Source of the DNA: Heteronotia binoei
Lineage: Eukaryota
Length of the DNA stretch: 64,000 bases
NCBI RefSeq assembly: GCF_032191835.1
Contig: NC_083223.1
Coordinates: 74,586,001-74,650,000 of the forward strand
Direction: 5' to 3'
In this document: positions 13,094 through 24,750 of the stretch, one piece after another
How positions within the stretch are numbered: the stretch's first letter is position 1
Layout of the letters: each line of letters opens with the position of its first letter
Made by a program: the position numbers and the translations under genes
The notes under the pieces: generated by a model
What the model saw: only the letters and a program-made list of their open reading frames with translations
What the model was told of the DNA's origin: nothing
Database searches by the model: none

Positions 13094-15924
13094 GTCAAGA
13101 CTGACCCCAGTGAATTCTCCCTCAAAGGCCTTTAGTGATACCTTTCAGACCAATGTCTCTCTGATAAAGCTGTTGGTCTTAAGCAGGACTTCATTCTCTC
13201 TCTCTCTCTTGCTTTCCCTCCCTCCCCCCTCTCTCTGTATGTGGTCTGCTGCCATGAGACAGCATTCCTTCCTATCTCTGGCTGTTTCTCTTCCAGAGGA
13301 GGAGAGGGATGGACCCTCAGCCTATCAAGGGAAGACTTTCTCTGGCTCTTTCCCTCCTCCTCCCTCCCTCAGCCAATTAAGAGAAGGCTTTCTTTTCTCT
13401 GTGAAGCAGTGGCTCAATCCTTGTCTGTCCTGGGGCTGGATGGTGGGGGTTGCGCTGAGATTGAGTGACAGGCATCTCAGCCAATGGGTGAGTAGGTGAA
13501 CCATTCTGTCTAGAGAATTATATTATAGGAGAAATAATTTTACACACTGGTGTAATGTTCAAATGTTTTAATGGTTCTATGATCATCACCTAATTGGGTG
13601 GGAAGTGGCATTAAATATTTTGAATAAATAATTTATTTTAAATAAATAAACCACCAATGTCATCTTCTTGAACATGCCTCCAGCATGACCATTCCACCTC
13701 ATTGCTTTGACAGCCCTGCAGATGCTGAAGAATGTATATCTGGAATGAATGGGTTTGCCTACTTACACGGGAAAGTCATTTTCACAGCTGAGAACAAGGC
13801 CATGGGTCAGGGTGATTATTCAACAACTACTGGGCCAACAAAACATTAGCAAAATTACAATATTGTAAGAATTAGTGTGCTAAGTGCAGGATCACTTTCC
13901 TCTTGCTCAAGAGGATGTTTTACTGGAGGAAAATTTAGCATTAGCATAATAGAATCATAGGATCATATCAAATACCAATATGGCACATGTAATATTAGCT
14001 ATTTATAGAATCTCAAGAAGAGATTTTGATTATTGATTTTGTGAAACTGATATCCTGCTATTCTGCCAGGTAACTCACAGTTCATTTATGTTGTTTCCCA
14101 TTTTGCCCTCATGAAAACACTATGAGGTAGGTTAATGGCTTGTTCAAGGCCACCCAATTTGCTTCCTGGCTGAAGAACCATTTGGCCTTTGGAACCTCAT
14201 AAAGAATACAAGCTTCTAGGTAAGCCACATCTGTATGTCCTTACCTAAATTCAACAGCAGCTATTTAAATCCAATTGTTTGTGTTTTGTTTTACAGAAGG
14301 ATTTTCTATGGATTCCCTATTGAGCTTTATTATTCCTTCTGACTGCTTTGAAGAGAGCTCAGCAAAATAATATGACTCATATTGCAATGCCTGGAAACGC
14401 AGGCAAATATTCATGAAGGGGTTTTTTTTTCACAAGTTTGTCATGGAAGGTGTGGGAGTTGACTTGACTGGAAAGGGGCCAAATGGCGAAGGAGCCCGTC
14501 TATTGTTAATACAATCTCCATTGCCTCTGAACCAAGAATTTGAATGCTTGACAAATTATACTAGATAGTCAAGATTAGGTAGGTCTCTGGTGCTGCCTCA
14601 AAGATTTTGCAGGAGAATATGACTCAATTTTACGCATCCTGAGGGGACAGCCAATATGCAAAAAGACATTGTGCAGGTTTATCTTTCAAAAGATGTCCTT
14701 TTAATGTTTATATGTACCAATAAACCAGGTGAGTGATGAGTGATTGAAATATGAATCACTGTGTTGTAAACTGGGTGATACCTGGCCAGTTTCTTCCTTT
14801 CCATTGAGTCATCATTGGCTAGAAATTGCTGCTGTGAATATTGTACAGAGCAGCAGGAAACTAGAGGAAGATCGGCAAAGTTTTATGGACCCCTTGCTCA
14901 GCTAAATATAGTTCATAAAAACCATATGACTCCCATCCTCAACACACTGCATTGAATCATTTTCTAGTCTCTAATTAACCTTTCAAAAAGTATACTGAAA
15001 TATTCCAGTATAGCAACATAACACTGTTTCTCTATGAAGGGCATAACATTTTCAAAACTTCTCAAAAGTGTAGTCTGGGGATAACCAGTTGTTTTGAAAT
15101 GTCTACCTTTAACTTTTAAAGAGCCATTATTTTATATAGGACCTGTCCTTTAAAAGACAACCATCCTTAAAAATACACTGGTTTTTTTAGAAAAAAATAA
15201 TGTGTCTTTTATTTCTCTTAAATTTTACAACAGTACATCTTATGGCTTTATAGACTATCTTGAAATAAATAAGCAAAATCTTTCCACGTTTCCTCTTGAC
15301 ATCTGCTTGGAGTACCTGAAACATGTCCACCAGGGCCTTAAGAATGACATAGACATTTAAGCCGAGACAGGATTTCCTGGGAGAGTGATTTTTTTTATTT
15401 TGCCTGACCACAACAACCCAAAGTACATATTACATTGAGATCAATTATCACATAAACAAATTCTGGACATATCAATTCAAATATTTTTTACAATCCCATG
15501 TCCAGGGCTTCCAGCTTCCTCTCCCAGTTCTGAAGCTTTGTCTCTCTGTCTCTCACTATCCATTGTTTCTATGTCTATCCACTAGAGGGAGGAGGCAACC
15601 CTCAAGCAGTGGTGGTGGTGAGGAAAGGTCACAGGTTGGGGCCCTGATTCAAATCGTGTGGGAGGGGCAGCAGGAGCAGCCTCCAGCCTCCCACATGATT
15701 TAAAGGTCCTGCCAATCAGCTGATGAATGGGCCTTTTAGGTGGTGCAGGAGGGGTGGTGACTGCTTCTGCACACCCCTCCTGCATGATTTGAATTGGGGG
15801 AGGGAGGGGTGGCCCTCAAGCAGTGATGGGGAAGGAAGGCTGTGGGTTGGGGACCCTGAGTTGGGGCCCCTCTCAGGAAGTTGGGGTGGGGCTGTTAAGC
15901 CAAATGCCCTCAAAACGAGGTTGG

Positions 15925-16840
15925 GGAATTAGTTAGGTGGGCACCTGGCTTATTAGCAATTTTTTTACCAATTTATACCAGGCTCAACCATCCAGAAGGT
16001 AAATGCTCAATAAAAAGGACTCTAATTTAATAAAACCAATTGTAATTTATTTAGAATAATAGTTCTTTCATACAAGATAAAAATACAAAACAATCACACA
16101 TTCACACAGGTCTAAGAAATACAGATAGATTGATAGGGGAACATATACGGGTAGACAGACAGGGCGATATTTACCTCTCGCAGACTCCAAGGAAGACTCC
16201 GATGGCGACAGTTGAGGGAATGGGGGAAGGGCCTGAAACTGATCAGGAATCGGGGATGTATCTATGCAGCAGAATATGGGTTACTGATAGAAGCACACAT
16301 GAGTGGAGTTGGGTCAGAGGTTAAATAGGCTCCCTTAGACCCTGAGGGGCTGGGAGGTCTTGGGGAGGAGCAGGGGGAAGCTCTGCGATGACCAAGAAGG
16401 CTGGACATGAGCAGAGCCAATGGCGAGTTCCTTGGTAGCTCTTAATTGGATGTCAGCTTTGACCAATGAACTTCACCTTAGTCCGGTGAACCTGGAAATT
16501 TCCAAGCTGCAATATTGCCTGAGGCGGCTCCAAGGTATTAGACTGGGGTGAGAATGGGAATGGCTGGATACTAGAGGTTAAATGGGATTATCTGGGAAGG
16601 TGACAATAGGGAATCAGATATTGGCCTAGGTATCCCCGGTGTAGACAAAAGAGTTGGTAATGACAGGAGATGTTCTTCCTCTTATTCCATCATCTTCTGG
16701 GCAGGAAACATTGTTTAAGGTTTTGCTAGACAATCAGGACCAACAGTGGAGCTGTTAATCCATTCATGGGGCAGATGGGTTGCTTGCAGGCCAAGGGTGA
16801 CACAGGGTGTGTACGTGATCTTCCCACTAAGAAGGAATGG
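15925..16840 (-). mobile_element. Putative LTR-like interspersed repeat
   Basis: Minus-strand TATTTAA near 16321-16327 with a downstream AATAAA near 16046; composition is distinct from the flanks; termini not resolved. Confidence 0.35.
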
Positions 16841-18935
16841 AGTCCAGCCTGGCAGGGTATGCTTGGATAAGCTTATGCAAAGCTGAAGCAGATGCTGGAG
16901 ATGAAATCAGGAAAGCACGATGGATCCTGGTGTTGTTAGCCTTAGGTTCATGGAGGCAGGCTGGAAACACGGTGGCCTGGCTTCTCCCACTGCAGCGGCC
17001 AAGACTGGGCACACAAGGAGCAGAGTTCTGGCTAACACGCATCCAGAGGTGTGGAATGCAAAGCTGCCACATAAGCCTTAGAAGCTGTGGGCAAAGTCCA
17101 CTTCTTAGAGCAGATGTGTGAGAGTCAAATCTCCAGGCACCCTGGCAACCATACTGGTGATCACGATGTCCATATGTATGAAAAGTAGGGGGCTTTTCCT
17201 CACAGGGCCCCCACAGACACTCCTGTAGCTACAGGCCTGGCCTTGTGCATCACTGGGAGAATAGCCACTTGCCAACTGACTGCCCCTCCCCTTCTTCCTG
17301 GTGCTCCTTTTTCAAATAGCATGCCTGGAATGATGGAGGTCTAGTGTGGTACAATGAACTACTACCAACATACTCTCAGCACAGCCAAAGATTGAGCAAA
17401 GGATAGAAAAGAAAAAGGTATAACTCAGTTCCACTGTCCCTCCTTCTGTACATACCTGAATGGATGTTAGGATAAGACAAGCACTTTAGCTCAAAAGGAT
17501 AGTTGTTCTAAAGAACTTCAGGTCCAGCAGACTTCAGGTCAGAGTTCTCTTTGCCTTGATGGAATCAGCATACAAAAGAACCCAGGAGTTTTATATGTCT
17601 CCCTTCCCAATGGTCAGGCCAGGCCACATCAAAGAAACGTTTCCTGAAGTCTCAGGAAAGTCTTCCAAATCTCCATTTCCTGCTAGACATCACCTGGAGA
17701 GGTGTGGGTGTGAGTGAGGCACTCATATGCCTGTGAGTGAGTGACTTGGCCATCTCATTCTGTCTGCCAGGCCTACTATTTCTATGCATTTCTAAAGGCT
17801 CGGTGAGTGACGTTGGGGAGCAGTTGATTCCCTTCTCATAACTATTCCACAAGAGAAAGAAAAACTTCTAAAAATTCAAGGAGAAGGTTTTGCTCAGTTC
17901 AGACCGCCAAAGAAAAATGCATTACACAGCAATAAATCAGGTTGAATTTTACTCATTTATGTGCCAAAAGAGTGCCTCTTGTTCACAGAATCAATAAACT
18001 CTCGCTGCCTCTTGATAGTTCACAACACTATTGGTGAGTTGGCACTTGGCATTAGTCTGGGGTGAATTGAACTGCAGAACTCCTCAAAAGCCCTGTTTCT
18101 AAAACAACCTGCCTGACTGTACTGCTTCCCACTCTTGGGATTTCTCACACATTATGAGTTTCTTATCAAAACTTGGGACTCCCCACTAGGCCTGTAGGTT
18201 GCAGGGGCACATGAGGTGACATCCCCTCCCAATTCTTCCCTGTCCTTGCTCCTGGGTCTGCTCCTGTCCTTGTTAACCATGGTGCTCAAAAGAAGTCTTC
18301 AGCAAGCAGGCAGGGCAGCGGGTGAGTTTTGAAGCTCTTTGTGCTTCAGGGACAGGCTGGATGGAAGAAGGAGTGGAAGAAATCAGAGTCCCAAAAAGCC
18401 CCTGCACCCTCCCATTGGCCATTCAGCCAAGGGAAGAGGCTGGCTGACTGGGCTTGATGCAATGGAAGGCCATGCAAAAGCCAATGAAGAGGTTCCCGGT
18501 AAGTCCAGCTGCTTCATTTGGCAGCCCAGCAGTGATTTCAAACCTGAAGCTGTGGATGTGATGGGCATCATTGCCACTCAACCAAGTGATGTCACCGCAT
18601 TGGGGACACATGCACCGCACACCTGCTGAAAAATTTCTGGCTACAGGGCTGCTCCGCCATGCATTACAAATTTTAACAGGCACAGTATATCTAAGGAACA
18701 GCTCTATTTTTTTCTTGATTGGATTTGAATGTTACATAACTACATTCCATCCTGTACTTCTTGCATTTTGTGGGTCTTTGACCCTGTTGTTCATTTTCTC
18801 CATGTCCCTTTATAAAATGGATGCATAGTGTATCTGAAAAACTGAGCTGCAGTCCATGGAGGTTTATGTTGGAGAAACATTTTGTTAACATTTACAATGC
18901 CTCAAGATTCTTTTCTCAGACTTGGTTATTCTAGG

Positions 18936-19510
18936 CAGGGGTGTCGAACTCATTCATTATGAGGGCTGGATCTGACGAGAATGAGGCCTTGTTGGGCCAG
19001 GCCAAATGCGTCATAAAATGCAATGCCAGGTAGCAGAGATATAAACTTTATAAAGGACAAAGACAAAAACAAAGTTTTTTTTTAAAGTTTTGAATAAAAC
19101 ATGCTTAGTCTTAAAAGTGCTCTCTTTGTATCGCTCTCATTTGATCCAGGGAACAGAGCAAAGGAAGCTCTGGCTCTTTCCTTCCTTCCCCAGGGGACCA
19201 GAAGGGGGAGAAACTCAGCCAATAGAAGGAAAAGAGATTTGATTCAGTAGCTTTGCTGTGCGATTGAGAGCTTGGCAAAGCAATCTATTCCTTCCCCCTT
19301 CCTCGCTGCAGGAGGAGCCTCAGCCAATGGAGAAAATAGAGGCTTTGCTCTGTAGCTCCTGTGCGATTGAGCAAACCTGGCAAAGCAAGCTGTGATGTAG
19401 AAGGAAGCAACAGAAAGGGAGAAGGAAGCAGGTGACAATCAGTTGCTTGGGGGGCTGATAGGAGCCCTCCGAGGGTCTGATTCGGCTCCCAGGCTGCATG
19501 TTTGACCCAA
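18936..19510. mobile_element. hAT/Charlie-like MITE (caggggtgtcgaact...), right end truncated
   Basis: caggggtgtcgaactc start and gcatgtttgaccc end; shares internal cagccaatggagaaaatagaggctttgctctgtagc-type blocks with gecko MITEs. Confidence 0.55.
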
Positions 19511-20788
19511 GAAGGCTTTTGTTGAGTTCCACTGATAGACAAATCAAATCTTTTCAGGCAAATCTGCTTCTCTGACTTGAATCTTATACTTAATTAGCAG
19601 ATGGAGAATTTGTAATAAACGTGTTACGTTTTAACTTGTATGTATAAACATTGAGTTTATGGTAACTGTTCTTTAAAAACTTGTTGTTAGATGCCCTGAG
19701 GCTTTGGGAAGGATGGGATAAAAGATTTTGAATAAATAAAACAGTTCATGAGGAATGCTTTGAGCATCTAGAAAAAGCATTAGATAAATATAGGGCATAG
19801 TTTATGGAGAAACAGAACTACACAGAGAATACAGTGACGGAGTTTAGAGGAGAGACACCCAGATCCAAATCTGTACTCAGCTTTGAAATTCACTGGGGAA
19901 GCTACTATCATTCTGTGAAACCTACTTCATGGGGCCATTGTCAGGATTAAGGAATGCCTTAGAGAAGGGTGAGATACAGATGAGCCAAGGAATAAATAAA
20001 GAAGGACTAGGGATCTAAAAAGTTCATTCTATACTGATATTGAGCTGATCACTGATGATAAAATGTTAATTTGGTTTATAGTGTATCAGTGGCAGCAAAC
20101 AATTGTTCTTACATTGCATACAGTTTAGAAATAGGAAGGGTTTGGGGTTTTTTTACTGCCCTAAAGTTGTACTTCCTTTTTGAATACTCTTGTGAGAACC
20201 TGGAAAATCATTTAAGACTCCTGCCAGTCCCAAATCACAACATTTTGGTGGTTTTAGAGGCAGGAGAATGCTCTTATTGTCCTGCCTACATGTAACATTT
20301 TAGATTACAGGGCTATTTTTTTGTGTTATCCTTTGAGTAGAAAATATGAAGGAGTGAGGCAGGCTTCAAAGGTGGAAAGAACAGAACGATTTAGCTTAGC
20401 TTCAAAGCGAGATGGTGAATACATGAGTAATCACATTCGATTAAAAGAGAGACACCACCCCTCACCACATCACACACCTGGTGAGTCACCACAGTGGAAC
20501 AGAAGTCTCTCTTCAGAAGCCTTCTTTATTTAAGGCAGCACCACAAACACAGCCAAGATAGAGATCTTTGCAGGCTGACTTTTTTTTTTCTGGGGGGGGG
20601 GGGAGGTGCAAGCAACATATTGTGCCACTTGGTGTTTAAAAGCATTTCCAGTTGCATATGAATAATATTGTCTTTAACCTTACTCTCAGAGATACAAACA
20701 GCTATCTGAATCTCAGATTCATTTTCCATTTGCAATTACTCAATGTTATGTTCTAGCAATTAAGATGAGACAATTTTTAATCTTTAAA

Positions 20789-20995
20789 TTAATTCCAAGG
20801 TAATCAAGTACAATCTCCAGACGTACAAGAAAGGACATATAAATCAATTCTCAGGTAATCCAATTAAAGTCTAAGATAGTCAAATTACCATCTCCAGATG
20901 GACAAGAAAGTACAAATAAATTAATTCTGAGGTGATTAAATTAATTCTAAGGTAATCATATACACTTTCCAGATATGTAAGAAGGTACGTATATA
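20789..20995. repeat. Diverged 76-bp tandem repeat, ~2.7 copies
   Basis: ttaattccaaggtaatc...ctccaga...caagaaag...aattaattct recurs at 20789, 20865 and 20941. Confidence 0.7.
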
Positions 20996-21413
20996 CCAGG
21001 CATGGTATGACATGTATATGAAGATCTGCTTTCATTTCATGAGAGGTCAATAGAGGTCTATTTCTAAGAAGATAAGAAAAATAATACTGGATCAGACAAA
21101 TAGTCCATCTAGTCTATCATTTCATTTCCCACAATTGCCAGTCAGCAGCCCACAAACAAAAATATCATTTTATATAGAAAAAGTTTATACTAGAAAAGAG
21201 GTTATTAGAATAGCTGATGCAGCTTTTCAGCACCATTCCCAGCACAAATGAGAATGTGCAAGGTTGCAGTTTGCATTTCATTCATGCAAGGAGATGCACA
21301 GTATATTTAGCAAGTGAAAAGTTATTCTGTTGAGTTTTGAGTCTCTGAGTTTGTTCAAGGTGTGTAAGTTTTCTTTTCCTGTTGCTTTTTTATTGTATTA
21401 ACTTATTAATATT

Positions 21414-21706
21414 TAAAGGAAAGGAAGGAAAGGTCCCCTGTGCAAGCACCAGTCATTTCCGACACTGGGGTGATGTTGCTTTCACGTTTTCATGGCAGAC
21501 TTTTTGCGGGGTGGTTTGCCATTGCCTTCCCCAGTCATCTACACTTTCCCCTCAGCAAGCTGGGTACTCATTTTACCGACCTCGGAAGGATGGAAGGCTG
21601 AGTCAACCTCGAGCCGGCTACCTGAAAATACAGCTACTGCTGGGGATTGAACTCAGGTCGTGAGCAGAGTTTAGGACTGCAGTACTGCAGCTTTAACACT
21701 GTGCCA
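21414..21706 (-). mobile_element. Sauria SINE (Squam1)
   Basis: aaagg-repeat tail and core gctgggtactcattttaccgacctcggaaggatggaaggctgagtcaacct, typical of Sauria SINE (from recall). Confidence 0.85.
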
Positions 21707-22819
21707 AGTGGCTCTTTTTAAAATAAAATGATACGTTAAAAACAAGTGTTTTTTCTGTATATATTTTTATTGTACACCACCTAAAGAATGTATTCTTATT
21801 TTTAAAAATTAAGAAAACTTACAGGCAGATAAAATGAAAATAAATTAAACCTCACATATGAAATATTATTTGGAAGGAGACTTGACTGCAGATTTCATAC
21901 ACCACATAAATAAACTCCAGAGAATGAACAGGTTCCCTTCAATAAAAGTGATTAGAAGAACCATACAGCCAAAGTTAAGGTATTTGAGTTCCATACTTTT
22001 TTATGTGTGCAATTTAAGCAATTGCTAATATCAGTGGGACTAAAATAGTTAACTTTGCCTATATAATGCCCTTTAAAAATCTGCTGCCAATAGTGTGCAT
22101 TGACATGTAAATAGTGGTTCATAATAAATGAGGGAGCATCCATAGCCAGCAGCAGTGAGCCTCGGAAACCCAGTTCAAGGAGACAACACTAGCGGAAGGG
22201 CTTGGCCTTGTGATATCTGCTGTGTGAAACATGATGATGAATTGGATGGACCACTGGTTTGATCCTGCAGGACTTTTATCATGTTCTTAAGCAGTAATAG
22301 CAACTACCTCTTATGTGTCTTCCCTTTCCATACCTTTACTCTTCTTAACACAGATAAGGAACATGCTAAATGACCAGAACACACAAGCAGAAGGCCAGAC
22401 TTCAGCATACCTGCAATGTTTCTTCAGGGTGGGCTGCATTCATGAAGCCCCAGCCCTTTCCTAACACTGGGGGAACTGATTGAAGCCAACATATCCCTTT
22501 AGCATTCTGCAAATTATCTACTGGGTGAGAACTGCAAGTGCTGGCAGATGTCTGGATGGGGGCCAAGTAGTTTTGGCAAGGAAGACAACAGATAATCTTC
22601 TTATTTAGATGTGATTTGATTTGTCTTGAACTATTCCTCCTCTACCACCACTAGCCTCTCCTTGGGTTTTTTACACTTTTTACAAAGGAATGATGAGATG
22701 ACCAACTAGCAGTTGAGTTCTCTGTCTAAATAAATAGGAAGGAGCAGGGTGTCAGAGATGGTCAGTGTCCAGAGGGACGGGATCAGATTTTAATGCACCG
22801 GGGGAAAAAAGAATGACTA

Positions 22820-23582
22820 GGGGTGCAGTCACACCTACCATTAAAAGTGGGTGTATAGCACTCAAATCTGAACTGCTGAATATTGAATCGATGCAGGGCA
22901 GTTCAGATGAGCATCCAAGAATGCGATTCATTCTGTTGTGCGCAATCAGACATCCAATACTATCATGCTCCTTTCTTGGAGCATGCATAATCAGATGGTG
23001 ATTTCTGGGAGGGGAGGGGGTCCATTGAACATGAGCCCAACTGTTTGGAGCTGGAAAATCAAAACTTTCTTCAGAGGCAGGGGGGAAGGGCGAAAGTTTC
23101 CAGAATTAACATTGCCGATCCAAACCACGGAACTGCCAGGAATTATTTTCCTAGACATTGGCAGTGACAATGATATCTTGAAATCCTCCACATTGAAAAA
23201 AAATATTTTTTTCCTGTTCTGAATAGTGGGATAATGTCCCCCCCCCCCCCTCCGATCCTGTGTTGATTGGAGAAGCAGAAGTATCACCTCAGATTCCCGG
23301 ATGATCTGGCAATGCGCATGTCTGCTGGGGCTTTCTTTAAAAAAAAGGTGAGAGGCAGTATCGCGCATGAGCTGTCCAAACAACAAAAAGCCGACCGTGT
23401 GCCGCTGTTTTGAAAAAGGGCCGGACTTTATGTACTGTCAAATTAATGCGCCATTCATGCGTAGCAAGCCTGGATGAACCCGGATGACGATCGATTGCCA
23501 GATGTGGCTGTCTGAACGAACACATTTAATCTGTCAGCCAAACGGAGCTGTGTCGTCACTAATGGTACATGTGACCGCACCC
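22820..23582. mobile_element. Non-autonomous DNA transposon with ~25-bp TIRs (Harbinger- or mariner-like), CpG-rich
   Basis: Left ggggtgcagtcacacctaccatta vs reverse complement of the right end gggtgcggtcacatgtaccatta; TA dinucleotide on both flanks. Confidence 0.65.
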
Positions 23583-23831
23583 TAGCTTGCATCCCACCCA
23601 CCCCAAACACAAGTTGAAGCAGCTTCTGTCTTAATTGCTGTAGATATGAACCAGCCCTATAATCAAGGTATGGAAATGCCCTGATTAGCTTGCTACTGCT
23701 CACATTACACAGGAAACTCATCCTCCTAAAGCCCCAGGGAACATTTGTCAATCAAAATTGAAGCTTAGTGCAACACCACACATCCTATGTACATCTTGCG
23801 TGTCTTTACAGTTAAATATCAATAGTTTAAA

Positions 23832-24307
23832 CAGGGGTCTCCAACCCTGGGCCATGAACTGGAACCAGTCCATGGCCTGTTAGCAGCTGCACAGGCATGG
23901 TGCTCTCTGCTTGCCAGGTCGCTGAAAGTGACGGGATGGCTTGTCAGCATGTGCTCTCCTCCAAGCCTGGCTTCCCAGCCAGGCTCAAAGGAAAGCAGCC
24001 TCACTCTGAGGTTGCCTCCCCTTGCTAGACAGAGGCACCACATCACCCCTTACACCTGCCTGGGATCTGGGCAGACAAAAGAGGCAGTGCAGCCTCGCAC
24101 CAAAGCTGCTTCCCCTTTCAGGGGAAGTGGCAGAAGCAGTCCCAGTCTCCCCCATTTAAAGCTTCCCATGGGGGTGAAAGGATGGAGGCATGGGCAGGGG
24201 GCAGCCTGGTATGGCAAGAACCCCAGTGCTGCCCACCCCACCCAGTCTGTGAAAAAATTGTCTTCCACAAAACTGGTCCCTGGTGCCGAAAAGGTTGGGA
24301 ACCACTG
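23832..24307. mobile_element. hAT/Charlie-like MITE
   Basis: caggggtctccaacc / ggttgggaaccactg TIRs; TSD not preserved. Confidence 0.65.
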
Positions 24308-24619
24308 GTTTCTTACTTATTTATTTAGTCGATGCATAGTTCGCCCCTCCCCATAATGAGCTCAAAGAAGAACAAAGTCAGTATTAAGAAAATATGGCCT
24401 TTGGGAAACTATTTTTGAAAACTGAGTTTCATGCTTATGAGCAAAGAAAAAAAAATTAGGTATGTAAGAGACATTAAGACTAGCTTCACCAAGTAACAGA
24501 ATCAATTCTTTCGCTTCCAACATTTAACAGAAAGTGTGCTGAACTTCAAGCGAGAAATAAGTTGCCAGATTTCTTCCTTTATCATATGAAATGTGTGTGT
24601 GTGTGTGTGTGTGTGTAGA

Positions 24620-24750
24620 TAGATCCAGGTGGGCAGTCGTGTTGGTCTGAAGCAGTAGAACAAAGCAGAGTCAAGTACCCCCTTTAAGACCAACAAAGTT
24701 TTATTCAGAATATAAGCTTTTGTGTGCTCTAAGCACACTTCATCGGACAG
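24620..24750 (-). mobile_element. Penelope-like element terminal (pLTR) fragment with a mutated hammerhead core
   Basis: Matches 39530-39665; the minus strand reads CCGATGA a gtgtgc..gcacac AAAA gctt, i.e. two core substitutions. Confidence 0.75.
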
